Below are positions 38,784 through 49,546 of a stretch of DNA of 64,000 nt, in pieces. The stretch lies in NCBI GenBank assembly GCA_043805735.1, contig JAZDHS010000024.1, positions 2,792-66,791 of the forward strand, in the 5' to 3' direction. The DNA comes from Candidatus Omnitrophota bacterium. Lineage in GTDB: Bacteria; Omnitrophota; Gorgyraeia; JAFGHF01. The notes beneath the pieces are model-generated. The model did not search any database. It had not been told where the DNA came from and saw only the letters and a list, made by a program, of their open reading frames with translations. The stretch's first letter is position 1, and every line of letters begins with the position of its first letter. A program made the position numbers and the translations under genes.

Positions 38784-39344
38784 ATGTTTATCGGCCCTAA
38801 CCAATTCAAAAACGGCCTGACCGTAACTTTTGATGGCCAGATTTTTGCCATTGTCAGTTACCAGTTTGTAAAACCGGGCAAAGGCGGCGCTTTTGTGCGC
38901 ACCAAGCTGAGAAATCTAAAAAACGGAAATTTTTTGGAAAAAACGTTCCGCACTGAAGAAAAAGTGGAACAGGCTTTTATTGAAGAGAAAAAAATGCAGT
39001 ATCTTTATCGCCAAGGAGATACCTACAACTTTATGGATCAGGAAACCTTTGAGCAAACCGAACTACATGCCCAGCGGTTGGAAGAAAAGTCACGTTTCTT
39101 GAAAAATGGCGTGATTATTTCCCTCTATTTCTACAAAGACGAGATTATCGACATTAATTTACCCAACTTTGTCGAATTAGCGGTTGCGGACTGCGAACCA
39201 GGCACACGCTCCGATACCGTAAAAGCCACTTCCAAAAATGCGACCTTGGAAACAGGCGCCACGCTCGCGGTACCCATTTTTATCAATCGCGGCGATATAC
39301 TTAAAATAGACACGCGCACGGGCGAATATGTCGGCCGGGTCTAA
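38784..39344 (+). CDS. efp: Elongation factor P
   Basis: 186 aa; KPGKGGAFVRTKLRN. Confidence 0.9.
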   Translation: MFIGPNQFKNGLTVTFDGQIFAIVSYQFVKPGKGGAFVRTKLRNLKNGNFLEKTFRTEEKVEQAFIEEKKMQYLYRQGDTYNFMDQETFEQTELHAQRLEEKSRFLKNGVIISLYFYKDEIIDINLPNFVELAVADCEPGTRSDTVKATSKNATLETGATLAVPIFINRGDILKIDTRTGEYVGRV

Positions 39345-39370
39345 GAGCCGACGTAACAGGTGAGGCCAAG

Positions 39371-39811
39371 ATGAATCTAAAAGAAATAAAAGAAATGATC
39401 GCGTTAATGAACGAAAATGACCTGACCGAGCTGGAATTAGAACGCGACGGTTTGAAAATCAGGCTGAAGAAAAGCGGCGGTGAGATCCAACAGTTTATTA
39501 CCCACCCTCAAGCCGCGGCGCAATACAAAGAAGCGGCGCAAGCGCCAGCCCCACAACCGCCAGATTCACATCTGATCGAAGTTAAATCGCCGATGGTCGG
39601 CACGTTCTATCGTGCGGCTTCCCCGGAAAGCGCAGCCTTTGTGGATACCGGCAGCGAAATCCAGCCGGAACAGGTCGTCTGCATTATCGAGGCGATGAAA
39701 TTGATGAATGAAATTAAGTCGGAAGTCAAGGGCATTGTCCGTGAAATCCTGGTGGAAAACGGCCACCCGGTTGAGTACGGCCAAGTCCTCTTCCGTGTAG
39801 AACCACTTTAG
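39371..39811 (+). CDS. accB: Biotin carboxyl carrier protein
   Basis: EAMKLMNEI biotinyl-Lys motif. Confidence 0.9.
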   Translation: MNLKEIKEMIALMNENDLTELELERDGLKIRLKKSGGEIQQFITHPQAAAQYKEAAQAPAPQPPDSHLIEVKSPMVGTFYRAASPESAAFVDTGSEIQPEQVVCIIEAMKLMNEIKSEVKGIVREILVENGHPVEYGQVLFRVEPL

Positions 39812-39814
39812 GCC

Positions 39815-41182
39815 ATGTTCTCCAAAGTACTCATTGCTAATCGCGGAGAAATTGCCCTACGGATTATCCGGGCCTGCAAAGAATTGGGCGTGCGCACCGT
39901 AGCCGTCTATTCTGAACCGGATCTACATTCGCTGCACGTGCGCCTTGCCGATGAAGCGATTTGTATCGGGGCAGCCGCACCCAGCCAGAGTTACTTAAGT
40001 GTCCCCAGCATCATCAGCGCTGCGGAAATTGCCGATGTCGACGCCATTCATCCCGGATATGGATTTCTGGCCGAAAATGCCCACTTTGTAGAAATCTGCC
40101 AGTCCTGCAACATCCACTTTATCGGGCCCAATCCCGAACCGATGCGCCTAATGGGTGACAAAATGCGGGCCAAGGATACGATGCGTAAAGCCGGCATCCC
40201 GGTAGTGCCCGGCAGCGAGGGTATAGTTAAAAATAAGGAAGAGGCCCTGCGCATTGTCAAAAAACTGAAATATCCGGTTATTATTAAAGCCGTGGCCGGC
40301 GGCGGCGGCAAAGGAATGCGCATTTGCCACAATGATGTCCGGCTGGCCAGCGCGTTACCCATCGCCCAAGCCGAGGCCGAAGCGGCCTTCGGTATTCCCG
40401 ACGTCTACATCGAAAAATATTTTCCTAAACCCCGGCATATTGAATTTCAAATTATGGCCGATAATTATGGCCATGTCATTCATCTGGGTGAACGCGACTG
40501 CACCATTCAAAGACGCCATCAAAAGCTGGTTGAAGAGTCGCCCTCACCGGCCCTGGATCCTAAATTGCGTAAACGCATGGGGGAGGCAGCGCTTAAAGCC
40601 GCCCGCTGCGTCAACTATAACAATGTGGGGACAATCGAGTTTTTACTCGACGAGAAGAATAACTATTACTTTCTGGAAATGAATACCCGTATCCAGGTAG
40701 AACACGGGGTGACGGAAATGGTCACCGGAATTGACATTGTCAAGGAGCAGATCAGGCTGGCCTCAGGCGAAAGGCTGCAGTTTAACCAGGATGATGTAAA
40801 GAGTAACGGCTGGGCGCTGGAGTGCCGCATTAATGCCGAGGACCCGGATAATAATTTTGCTCCTTTCCCGGGAAAAATCCAGACCTATATCGTGCCCGGC
40901 GGGCGGGGAGTACGTATTGACAGCTGCGCCTATCAAAATTATGAAGTCCTGCCTTACTACGACTCGCTGATCGCCAAGTTAATCACCCATGGGAAAACCC
41001 GCACGGAGGCAATACAAATCATGGTCCGCGCCTTGGAAGAATACATCATTGATCCGATTAAGACCACACTTTCCTTCTCCCGTGAGATCATGAACGACCG
41101 GCGATTTCTGCGTGGTAAAATATATACCGATTTCGTGGATATTCTAACTTCAGAAAAACAAAAAGAAAGTGAAAGGAAGTGA
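39815..41182 (+). CDS. accC: Biotin carboxylase
   Basis: 455 aa; ATP-grasp motifs. Confidence 0.95.
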   Translation: MFSKVLIANRGEIALRIIRACKELGVRTVAVYSEPDLHSLHVRLADEAICIGAAAPSQSYLSVPSIISAAEIADVDAIHPGYGFLAENAHFVEICQSCNIHFIGPNPEPMRLMGDKMRAKDTMRKAGIPVVPGSEGIVKNKEEALRIVKKLKYPVIIKAVAGGGGKGMRICHNDVRLASALPIAQAEAEAAFGIPDVYIEKYFPKPRHIEFQIMADNYGHVIHLGERDCTIQRRHQKLVEESPSPALDPKLRKRMGEAALKAARCVNYNNVGTIEFLLDEKNNYYFLEMNTRIQVEHGVTEMVTGIDIVKEQIRLASGERLQFNQDDVKSNGWALECRINAEDPDNNFAPFPGKIQTYIVPGGRGVRIDSCAYQNYEVLPYYDSLIAKLITHGKTRTEAIQIMVRALEEYIIDPIKTTLSFSREIMNDRRFLRGKIYTDFVDILTSEKQKESERK

Positions 41183-41189
41183 GGCAGCG

Positions 41190-41807
41190 ATGAGGGCACT
41201 GGGAACATTTGTGATAATTTTGTGCACGCTGGTCTTTACCATCATCGGAGGTTTTTTGGTTTCATTCTTATTTAATGTATTCAACATCTTCCATGTGATG
41301 AAATTCGTCAAGCTTATTTATCAGTTTGAAAATATCAATCTGATTATCGGCAGCATCGGCCTATTTCTGGTCTTGGCCAGTATTTTAACGGCGCAAATCA
41401 GTATCGGCAGAATACAAAGAGAAAGAACCATTGCCTTCAGTAATCCCAACGGCGAGGTTACGGTCTCCTTAAATGCGATTGAGGAATTCATTAAGCGCCT
41501 CTCGATGGGGATGAATGAAATTAAAGAGCTGCGTAGCAACGTTATCGCCGGAAAGAAGGGGATTGAGGTGAATACTCGAGTCAGCCTCTGGGCCGACGCC
41601 AATATTCCCGAAACAACAAACAACATTCAGGATATCCTCAAGACCCGGCTGCAGGAAATACTCGGAATTGAAGACCCGATTACCATACGCATCCATGTCG
41701 TAAAGATCATACCGAAAGAAAAGAAAAAAACCAGAAAAGAAGAAGTAGAAGCAGAAGAACAACTACCCCCGTTTCGGGGAAGCATTGAATACGGAAAGGA
41801 AAGGTAA
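41190..41807 (+). CDS. Asp23/Gls24-family membrane protein
   Basis: N-terminal TMs plus Asp23-like segment; acidic/lysine tail. Confidence 0.45.
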   Translation: MRALGTFVIILCTLVFTIIGGFLVSFLFNVFNIFHVMKFVKLIYQFENINLIIGSIGLFLVLASILTAQISIGRIQRERTIAFSNPNGEVTVSLNAIEEFIKRLSMGMNEIKELRSNVIAGKKGIEVNTRVSLWADANIPETTNNIQDILKTRLQEILGIEDPITIRIHVVKIIPKEKKKTRKEEVEAEEQLPPFRGSIEYGKER

Positions 41808-41809
41808 AA

Positions 41810-42841
41810 ATGCAAAAACGTGTTGGCCTCCTGTCCGGAGGAGGAGATTGCCCGGGAATTAATCCTGTGATCAGAGGAATTGTGCGCAAGGCCTATAGGG
41901 AAAAATACCACGCCATCGGCATCCAAAACGGCTGGAAAGGACTAATTACTAAAGACGTAATCAGCCTGGACCTCAACTCCGTATCCGGAATATTACCAAG
42001 AGGCGGCACTATTTTAGGAACCTCACGTACTAACCCTTATAAAAAGAAGGAAGATGTTGCGGCCTGCATCGAAAATTTCAAGGCCTTGGAGCTTGATGCA
42101 ATTATCGCGATCGGCGGAGAAGATACCCTGGGCGTTGCCTTCAAATTATATAAAGAGGGTTTAAACATTGTCGGCGTGCCCAAAACTATCGATAATGATC
42201 TCTCGGCCACTGACCGGACCTTCGGTTTCGACACCGCGGTTAATATCGCCATGGAGGCGATCGATAGAATTCACACCACTGCCGAATCCCACCATCGTGT
42301 TATGGTTGTTGAGGTGATGGGCCGGCATTCCGGCTGGATTGGCCTAGAAGCGGGATTAGCCGGTGGAGCGGATGTAATCTTACTTCCTGAGTTTCCCATT
42401 GATATTGACGAGACTTGCGCGTCAATTAAAAAAAGGCATGAACGCGGCAAAACTTTTAGCATAGTGGTAGTAGCTGAAGGGGCGACTTTTAAAGAGGGAT
42501 CAGAGGTGCTTCAGGATAAGGAACTCGATGCCTTTGGCCATGTCCGCCTGGGCGGGATCGGCCAAATCTTGTGCGAGGAAATTCAAAAGCGGACCTGGTT
42601 TGAAACTAGAGTGACTGTACTGGGACATATCCAACGGGGCGGATCGCCCACCGCTTACGATCGCGTCTTGGGTACGCGTTACGGAGTAAAGGCAATGGAG
42701 CTGGTTATCGAAGGCAAGTATGGCCAAATGGCTAGTCTACGAGGAACAGAGATTGTGGCAATGCCCTTAGAAGCCGCGGTGGGTACGATCAAGACTGTCC
42801 CGCTGGAACTTTATGACATCGCCAAACTCTTTTTTGGTTGA
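41810..42841 (+). CDS. pfkA: 6-phosphofructokinase (ATP- or PPi-dependent)
   Basis: MQKRVGLLSGGGDCPGINPVIRG. Confidence 0.85.
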   Translation: MQKRVGLLSGGGDCPGINPVIRGIVRKAYREKYHAIGIQNGWKGLITKDVISLDLNSVSGILPRGGTILGTSRTNPYKKKEDVAACIENFKALELDAIIAIGGEDTLGVAFKLYKEGLNIVGVPKTIDNDLSATDRTFGFDTAVNIAMEAIDRIHTTAESHHRVMVVEVMGRHSGWIGLEAGLAGGADVILLPEFPIDIDETCASIKKRHERGKTFSIVVVAEGATFKEGSEVLQDKELDAFGHVRLGGIGQILCEEIQKRTWFETRVTVLGHIQRGGSPTAYDRVLGTRYGVKAMELVIEGKYGQMASLRGTEIVAMPLEAAVGTIKTVPLELYDIAKLFFG

Positions 42842-42844
42842 ACC

Positions 42845-43432
42845 ATGATTAAACAAGACATTAAAAGGCTTCTTGATGAAAGTCAGGCGCTACATCAGGC
42901 GCTCCGGGAAGACGATGCTATCATTTCCGCCATCCAAAAATTAGTAACAATGATTATCGTCTGTCTAAAAAATGGCGGAAAAGTCATTCTCTTTGGCAAC
43001 GGCGGAAGCGCAAGCGACAGCCAGCATATTGCCGCGGAGTTCGTTGGCCGGTTTAAGTACAACCGCAAAGCGTTTGCGGCACTGGCCCTTACTGGAGATA
43101 CCTGTAACCTCACCTGTATCGGCAATGATTTCGGATTCGAACACATCTTTTCCCGTCAGATCGAGGCCTTAGCTTGCGCTAAAGATATAGCGATTGGTAT
43201 TTCCACCAGCGCAACCTCGCCTAATGTTATCGCCGGAATCACTCAAGCAAAAAGAATGGGCTTAAGAACCGCGGTGCTCGCCGGCGCCAAAAAGACTGCG
43301 CTTACGCGCTTGGCCGATGTTACGGTCTCGGTGCCCTCAACAGTAACGGCTCGCATTCAGGAGGCGCATATTACTATTGGCCATATCACTTGTGAACTGG
43401 TAGAAAAGGCTATCGGCAGTGACAAAAGATAA
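42845..43432 (+). CDS. gmhA: D-sedoheptulose-7-phosphate isomerase (SIS domain)
   Basis: LFGNGGSASDSQHIAAEF. Confidence 0.78.
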   Translation: MIKQDIKRLLDESQALHQALREDDAIISAIQKLVTMIIVCLKNGGKVILFGNGGSASDSQHIAAEFVGRFKYNRKAFAALALTGDTCNLTCIGNDFGFEHIFSRQIEALACAKDIAIGISTSATSPNVIAGITQAKRMGLRTAVLAGAKKTALTRLADVTVSVPSTVTARIQEAHITIGHITCELVEKAIGSDKR

Positions 43433-43910
43433 AATTAAAACACTGAAAAACCTTAAGGTTAGCGTTAATCGGGCCAAGGCCGAAGGGAAAAGCATCGTTT
43501 TTACTAACGGCTGTTTTGATCTTCTTCATGTCGGCCACGTCAGCTATTTAGAAAAAGCAGCGGCATTAGGAACGATACTCGTGGTCGCAATTAACAGTGA
43601 TGCTTCAGTGCGTAAACTTAAAGGCCGCGGCCGACCGCTTTACTCTGAGCGTGAACGGGCCCTCGTCCTGGCCGCGCTGGAGTGTGTAGACTATGTTACG
43701 GTCTTTAAAGAAAAAACTCCTTCTAGGGTGATCAAAGCACTTAAGCCAAACATATTGGTCAAGGGCGGGGATTGGTCCCTTAAGTCTATTGTTGGAAAAA
43801 CTTTTGTCGAGGCGTATGGCGGTAAAGTCGCATCCTTGCCTTTTGTAAAGGGATTTTCCACCACCGCATTAATTACGAAGATGAAAAACATTGAACAAAG
43901 AAATAGCTAG
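43419..43910 (+). CDS. D-glycero-beta-D-manno-heptose-1-phosphate adenylyltransferase (RfaE domain II-like)
   Basis: FTNGCFDLLHVGHVSYL nucleotidyltransferase motif. Confidence 0.78.
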   Translation: MTKDKIKTLKNLKVSVNRAKAEGKSIVFTNGCFDLLHVGHVSYLEKAAALGTILVVAINSDASVRKLKGRGRPLYSERERALVLAALECVDYVTVFKEKTPSRVIKALKPNILVKGGDWSLKSIVGKTFVEAYGGKVASLPFVKGFSTTALITKMKNIEQRNS

Positions 43911-44298
43911 AATCATTGATGCCAATATTAACCGTTCCCGTGAGGGCTTAAGAGTCTGCGAAGAAATAGCCCGGTTTATCCTGGAAGATAAGACGCTCAG
44001 TGCAGAATATAAGCAATTACGCCACCGTATTTCGCGCTTAATAAAGAAGTTTCCCGGCGCGCATCGGGGACTGGCAAAGGCCAGAGAGAGTCAGGCGGAC
44101 GTCGGCCGCAATATTCCCGATGCCTCCCGGAGAAAAAACTATCATGATATCCTTTTGGCAAATATGCAAAGAACAAAAGAATCTTTAAGGGTTTTAGAAG
44201 AATTCTCCGCGATTTTTAACCGTTCCTTGCGCACAAGTTTTGCGCGGGTGCGCTTTGCGGTGTATCGCCTGGAAAAAAAGACCATTGCGCGACTTTAG
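43891..44298 (+). CDS. Hypothetical protein translationally coupled to thiE
   Basis: 135 aa; no confident family. Confidence 0.35.
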   Translation: MNKEIARIIDANINRSREGLRVCEEIARFILEDKTLSAEYKQLRHRISRLIKKFPGAHRGLAKARESQADVGRNIPDASRRKNYHDILLANMQRTKESLRVLEEFSAIFNRSLRTSFARVRFAVYRLEKKTIARL

Positions 44299-44923
44299 AT
44301 TATACGTCATTTTAGATGGCGAGGTAGTCCAGCCAAAGAAGATGCCCGCCGTAGCCCAGGCAGTAGTCGCCGGTGGAGCCGAGGTAGTGCAATTAAGGGC
44401 GAAAACCTGGTCCGATCGGCAAATTCTCAACGTCGGACAACAGATAAAAAAATATGCACGGCGCGCGGGAACCGCTTTTCTGCTCAATGACCGGGTAGAT
44501 TTGGCCCTGGCGCTTGATGCCGACGGTGTCCATCTCGGACAAGAGGATTTAACGGTTCCAGAAGCGCGCGCGCTTCTGGGTAAAGATAAGCTGATTGGAA
44601 TTTCCACGCATAGTCTTAATCAGGCCCGACAGGCGCAGGCTAACCTAGCGCACTACATTGCCATTGGACCGCTGTTTGCCACCGCGACCAAACCCAAAGC
44701 GGCACCTTTAGGAACAGGCATTATTAGCGCAGCGGGTGAATTCCTGGCTCGGCCCTGGTTGGCAGTGGGAGGAATTACTTTGGAGAACCTCACCTCGGTC
44801 TTAAAAAAAGGTGCAACGCGAGTGGCCATTTGCCGGGCAATATTAGAGTCTCGGGCCATAACCAAAACGACAAAAGAATTTAAACGCCGACTTTACGCTG
44901 ATGACTCAACTCGAATACGCTAA
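44285..44923 (+). CDS. thiE: Thiamine-phosphate synthase (probable TTG start)
   Basis: LYVILDGE... TIM-barrel ThiE motifs; ORF-track start 44240 is an extension. Confidence 0.78.
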   Translation: MRDFRLYVILDGEVVQPKKMPAVAQAVVAGGAEVVQLRAKTWSDRQILNVGQQIKKYARRAGTAFLLNDRVDLALALDADGVHLGQEDLTVPEARALLGKDKLIGISTHSLNQARQAQANLAHYIAIGPLFATATKPKAAPLGTGIISAAGEFLARPWLAVGGITLENLTSVLKKGATRVAICRAILESRAITKTTKEFKRRLYADDSTRIR

Positions 44924-46199
44924 AGCTAAAAAAATTACCGCGCCAATGCAGCAGGTTGCCCGCGAAGAAGGGCTGGACCCGAAAGCTCTCTGCTCAAAGA
45001 TCGCCGCCGGAAAAATAGTCCTTCCGTTCAATACCCGCCACCACCCTAAAAAAGTGTGCGCAATAGGGGAAGGCCTGCGCACAAAAGTTAACGCTAATAT
45101 TGGTACGTCAGCGGACTCACCCAATTTAGCCGATGAGCTGAAAAAAATGAAATTAGCGGTTAAGGCCGGCGCGCACACCGTAATGGACCTAAGCACTGGC
45201 GGCAATATTCGTAAGATTCGCCAAACTATTCTGCGCAATTCACCGGTTGCTCTGGGCACGGTCCCGATCTACGAAACCGCGATTGCGGCAGCGAAACGCT
45301 TTGGCTCAACTACAAAAATGCGCGCCGAAGATATCCTTAAAACCATTGAGGAGCACGCCGCTGACGGCGTGGACTTCTTTACGCTGCACTGCGGCGTCAC
45401 TAATGAAGGCATCGCCCGCCTGAAAAAAGAAAGACGGGTTACCGATGTGGTTAGCCGGGGGGGAGCGCTCTTGATCGAATGGATGTGCAGAAATAAAAAA
45501 GAAAACCCTCTTTATGAACATTTTGACACTATCCTTGATATCGCACGAACCTACGATGTCACTATTAGCCTGGGAGACGGCATGCGGCCCGGCTCGATCG
45601 CCGACGCCACCGACCGAAGCCAAATTCAGGAATTGGTTCTCTTGGGAGAATTGGCCCAACGGGCGCAGGAAAAAGGCGTGCAGGTGATGATTGAAGGCCC
45701 GGGGCATGTACCTCTGGATCAAATCCAGGCCAATGTGCTGCTGCAAAAACGCCTTTGCCACGATGCGCCTTTTTATGTCTTGGGGCCCCTGGTCACCGAC
45801 GTGGCCAGCGGATACGACCATATCAGTTCAGCGATTGGCGGGGCGATTGCCGCCGCCTACGGGGCGGATTTCCTCTGTTATGTCACTCGTTCGGAACATT
45901 TGCGTCTGCCTAGCGCTGACGACGTAAGGGAAGGGGTAATTGCCGCCCGTATTGCCGCCCATGCCGGTGACATTGTCAAAGGAATTAAGGGCGCCCGGCA
46001 ATGGGACCTGCGGATGTCGCAGGCACGTAAGAAAAGGGATTGGAAAAAACAAATCGCCCTGGCGATCGATCCGGAACAACCGCGAAAAATGCGCCAGGGC
46101 TCACGGGCGCAGATCGCCGATGTCTGTACGATGTGCAGTCAATACTGTTCACTCAAAATAATGGATAAAGTCCGCAAAGAATTGGGTGCCGAACAATGA
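44901..46199 (+). CDS. thiC: Phosphomethylpyrimidine synthase
   Basis: 432 aa; C-terminal CTMCSQYC radical-SAM-like cluster motif. Confidence 0.9.
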   Translation: MTQLEYAKAKKITAPMQQVAREEGLDPKALCSKIAAGKIVLPFNTRHHPKKVCAIGEGLRTKVNANIGTSADSPNLADELKKMKLAVKAGAHTVMDLSTGGNIRKIRQTILRNSPVALGTVPIYETAIAAAKRFGSTTKMRAEDILKTIEEHAADGVDFFTLHCGVTNEGIARLKKERRVTDVVSRGGALLIEWMCRNKKENPLYEHFDTILDIARTYDVTISLGDGMRPGSIADATDRSQIQELVLLGELAQRAQEKGVQVMIEGPGHVPLDQIQANVLLQKRLCHDAPFYVLGPLVTDVASGYDHISSAIGGAIAAAYGADFLCYVTRSEHLRLPSADDVREGVIAARIAAHAGDIVKGIKGARQWDLRMSQARKKRDWKKQIALAIDPEQPRKMRQGSRAQIADVCTMCSQYCSLKIMDKVRKELGAEQ

Positions 46200-47095
46200 G
46201 CATGATAGTAGTAGGAACTGTGGCATTGGATGACGTCCAGACTCCTTTCGGGAAGGTGACCAGCGCCCTGGGCGGTTCAGCGACTTATGCTGGGGTAGCG
46301 GCCAGCTTTTTCTGTAAGGTTAAAATGGCGGCTATTGTCGGTACGGATTTTCCGGAAAAAAACATCTCTTTTTTGCAGCGGCGGGGAATCGATACCACGG
46401 GATTAGTCATTGAAAAAGGGAAAACCTTCCGCTGGTCGGGTAAATACACCTACGACTTGAATAATCCCCAAACGCTCAAGACCGAACTTAACCTGCTCAC
46501 CCAGTTTAAACCGATACTTCCCAGCGCATACCGTAAAGAAAAATTCGTTTTTTTAGCCAACATTGATCCGAATATTCAGTTAGCTGTACTTGAGCAATTA
46601 ACCCAGCCCAAACTAGTGGTCGCCGATACAATGAACTACTGGATTAGGCAGGAAAAGAAAGCCCTGCGAAAAGTAATTAAAAAGTGCGATATTTTAGTCG
46701 TGAACGATTCCGAGGCCAGGCAATATACTGAAGAAGCAAATGTGCTCAAGGCCGGGCGGATACTTTTAGCGCAAGGCCCCGACTTAGTAATCATCAAAAG
46801 AGGAGAATACGGCTGCTTGCTTTTTGGGTCGCGGTTTATGTTTAGCATTCCGGCCTATTTGTTGGAAAGCCTGGCTGATCCCACCGGGGCCGGGGACAGT
46901 TTTGCCGGCGGTTTCTTAGGGTATCTTACCGCGTGCCCGCGGATCAACGAACAGTCTTTTCGTAAAGCCATCGCCTACGGGACAATTATGGCTTCTTTTG
47001 CGGTCGAAGAGTTTAGCCTCAACCGCTTAAAAACAATAAAAAAAACAGATATCGAATCGCGATTTAACAAATTTAGAAGAATTACACGGTTTTAA
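46196..47095 (+). CDS. PfkB-family carbohydrate kinase
   Basis: 299 aa; GAGDSFAGGFL C-terminal motif. Confidence 0.65.
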   Translation: MSMIVVGTVALDDVQTPFGKVTSALGGSATYAGVAASFFCKVKMAAIVGTDFPEKNISFLQRRGIDTTGLVIEKGKTFRWSGKYTYDLNNPQTLKTELNLLTQFKPILPSAYRKEKFVFLANIDPNIQLAVLEQLTQPKLVVADTMNYWIRQEKKALRKVIKKCDILVVNDSEARQYTEEANVLKAGRILLAQGPDLVIIKRGEYGCLLFGSRFMFSIPAYLLESLADPTGAGDSFAGGFLGYLTACPRINEQSFRKAIAYGTIMASFAVEEFSLNRLKTIKKTDIESRFNKFRRITRF

Positions 47096-47103
47096 GAAAA
47101 TTG

Positions 47104-47178
47104 GCGAGGGTAATTCAGTGGTAGAATGCAAGCTTCCCAAGCTTGACGTCGCGGGTTCGAGTCCCGTCCCTCGCTCCA
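47104..47178 (+). tRNA. tRNA-Gly (anticodon CCC)
   Basis: Manual cloverleaf: acceptor GCGAGGG/CCCTCGC, D-stem ATTC/GAAT, anticodon stem CAAGC/GCTTG, loop TTCCCAA, T-loop TTCGAGT, CCA end. Confidence 0.9.
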
Positions 47179-47199
47179 GAAGTTTAACGATTTGATGTT

Positions 47200-47907
47200 G
47201 TGGGCATGAAAAAAAATAGACGTCCTGCTTTTGCTTTTTACCTTGTAGCCTTGACCGTACTGAGCAGTTTGCTCGGCGGTTGCGCCAGCACAGCAACTGT
47301 TACCGCCCTGCCAGGGCCTAAGCAGCCCACAGTACCAGGCTCCTATCACACCGTAAAGAAAGGCCAAACTCTTTGGCGGATTTGCAAGGCCTACGGCGTG
47401 GATATCGAAGAGGTAACACGTATAAATCAACTGGCTGACGCCACTAAAATTGAAGTTGGACAACGCATTTTTATTCCTGGTGTCAATAACGCTCTGAGCG
47501 AACTGCTCATGCCATCAGATTTTAAAGATAAGGGCGGAGATTTCATCTGGCCGCTGCATGGCAAAATCGGTTCATTCTTCGGGATGAAGAATGAGGGGGT
47601 AAGGAGCAAAGGCATTACTATTGAAGCTCAAGAAGGCACCGCCGTAAGAGCGACGCGTTCCGGCAAGATAGCTTTTTGCAGCCAGGCCTTAAAAGGCCTG
47701 GGGAAAACCATTATTATTGACCACCTCGACGGATATTCTACTGTCTACTCCCATAATGCGGAAAATCTGGTCGCCGTTAATCAGATGATCACGCAGGGTG
47801 AGACAATCGCTAAGGTCGGTTCAAGCGGCCGGGCCCAGCGCCCTGAGCTTTACTTTGAGATTAGAAAAGGCGAACAACCACAAAACCCATTTTTTTACTT
47901 ACCGTAA
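47200..47907 (+). CDS. LysM-domain M23 peptidase lipoprotein (NlpD-like)
   Basis: Lipobox LLGGCAS; LysM; M23 HxxxD/HxH motifs. Confidence 0.8.
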   Translation: MGMKKNRRPAFAFYLVALTVLSSLLGGCASTATVTALPGPKQPTVPGSYHTVKKGQTLWRICKAYGVDIEEVTRINQLADATKIEVGQRIFIPGVNNALSELLMPSDFKDKGGDFIWPLHGKIGSFFGMKNEGVRSKGITIEAQEGTAVRATRSGKIAFCSQALKGLGKTIIIDHLDGYSTVYSHNAENLVAVNQMITQGETIAKVGSSGRAQRPELYFEIRKGEQPQNPFFYLP

Positions 47908-47913
47908 AATAAC

Positions 47914-49542
47914 ATGTTTAGCGATCCTGTAACTGGAGATAAGTTTTTCGGCCGCAGCGAAACCCTGGAACTGCTGACCAAAAGGGCCAACGGATTAAAA
48001 GACGGCTATCGGCAAAATATCGCCATTCTCGGGCCCCAGCTGATGGGTAAATCCTCGCTGATTCTGCAGTTTTTATCCCGTCTTTCACACCCGGCGCTGA
48101 TTCCGATTTACATTGAGGTCAGAAAAAATTCATTCAGTAATTTCGTCTATAAGTTCTTGGGCGCGGTGCTCTATCACTATCTCAAAGCCAAGAATCTCCC
48201 CGTTCATGAAGATCTTGAACTTTTAAAAAAGGAGGCGGAAAAAAACCTGCCTAAAACAGTCGAGTTTATCCGCGGTATCGAACAGCAATATAAAAGCGGA
48301 AACCTCGAGCGCGCCTTCGAAGAAGTAATCGGCCTGACCGCGGTATTTAAGCAGGAAAGCAATATCTCCTGCATGCTTATTTTGGACGGATTCCACTTCC
48401 TCGACACTTTTAGAATTAAAAATACCTACTCCAAGCTGGCCCGGGAAATTATGACCCAGAAGGACACGATGTATATCTTCATCAGCTCGCAGCTGAGTTA
48501 CGCTAAAAGGATTCTGGCCAACGAACTTTCACTTTTATTCGGCAATTTCGAGGTGATTAATTTAGAACCGTTTGATTATTCTACCTGCTGTAAATTTTTA
48601 GAGCAGCGTTTTGAGACTATCTTTTTGCCTGCGGCGTACAGAGATTTTCTGATTACGTTTAGCAAAGGCCATCCGTTCTACCTCGACATCATGAGCGCTA
48701 AGCTCAAAGAGAAGGCCAAAGAGCTCAATTACAGCGAAGTCAATTATCGGCTGATCAGCCAGGCAATGCACGAAGTCATTTACGATTCCAAGGGCATCCT
48801 CAATCAGTATTTTACCACTATGCTCACGCATAATCTCAATGGCGCCGATTACGCTAACTATCTGCCGATTTTACTTTCGGCCAGCGAAAAAGGATGCCGC
48901 CCCCAAGAGATTGCCCGGCTCACCTTACGTCAACCCAAGGTAATCGCCAAACAGATGAACTCGCTGGTGGAGAAAGACCTGCTCAATAAAATCGGGGTAT
49001 TTTACCGGATCCAGGATAAGATTTTCCGTTTCTGGCTCAAATCCGTATACCAAAGAAAGCGCCTCTCGCTTACCGCTGATCCTCAGACCGAATCCGACGA
49101 TTTTTGCATCGAAATAGAGCAGGAGATTCTCGCCTTTTCCGAACATGCCCATATGCAGTTAGTGCAGCGGATTGAAAATTTATTTAAATCATTTAAGAAT
49201 GAGATTGTCACGCTGCAAAATAAACGCTTTAAATTCTGGCATTTTGAAGAAGTGCGCACCTGGGACATCTTGCGCTTCACACACTGCCTAATTGCTCGTT
49301 ACAAGGATGGCTACTGGGTCGCGATGGTTAAGCAGGGCGACATCAGCGAAGCCGATATTCAGGAGTTTCACCGCGCGATACGGGTGAGCACCTATCCGAT
49401 CAGAAAGACGATTATCATTGCCTGTAAAAAAATGGAGCTTAATGTTCGCCTGATGGCGCTAGAAAAGAAATTTTGGATTTGGGATCTTGCTGATCTCAAC
49501 ACAATTTTGGATTTATACGGAAAACAACAGGTGATGGGTTAA
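47914..49542 (+). CDS. ATP-binding protein (Arch_ATPase-like P-loop NTPase with DUF234-like C-terminal domain)
   Basis: 542 aa; Walker A GPQLMGKS. Confidence 0.55.
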   Translation: MFSDPVTGDKFFGRSETLELLTKRANGLKDGYRQNIAILGPQLMGKSSLILQFLSRLSHPALIPIYIEVRKNSFSNFVYKFLGAVLYHYLKAKNLPVHEDLELLKKEAEKNLPKTVEFIRGIEQQYKSGNLERAFEEVIGLTAVFKQESNISCMLILDGFHFLDTFRIKNTYSKLAREIMTQKDTMYIFISSQLSYAKRILANELSLLFGNFEVINLEPFDYSTCCKFLEQRFETIFLPAAYRDFLITFSKGHPFYLDIMSAKLKEKAKELNYSEVNYRLISQAMHEVIYDSKGILNQYFTTMLTHNLNGADYANYLPILLSASEKGCRPQEIARLTLRQPKVIAKQMNSLVEKDLLNKIGVFYRIQDKIFRFWLKSVYQRKRLSLTADPQTESDDFCIEIEQEILAFSEHAHMQLVQRIENLFKSFKNEIVTLQNKRFKFWHFEEVRTWDILRFTHCLIARYKDGYWVAMVKQGDISEADIQEFHRAIRVSTYPIRKTIIIACKKMELNVRLMALEKKFWIWDLADLNTILDLYGKQQVMG

Positions 49543-49546
49543 ATCG

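Noticed and set aside
45306-45821. 171-aa minus-strand ORF
   Set aside because: Antisense to thiC, which has strong conserved motifs.
47027-47463. Two minus-strand ORFs (89 and 123 aa)
   Set aside because: They overlap the tRNA-Gly gene and the start of the NlpD-like gene. The tRNA cloverleaf is unambiguous.
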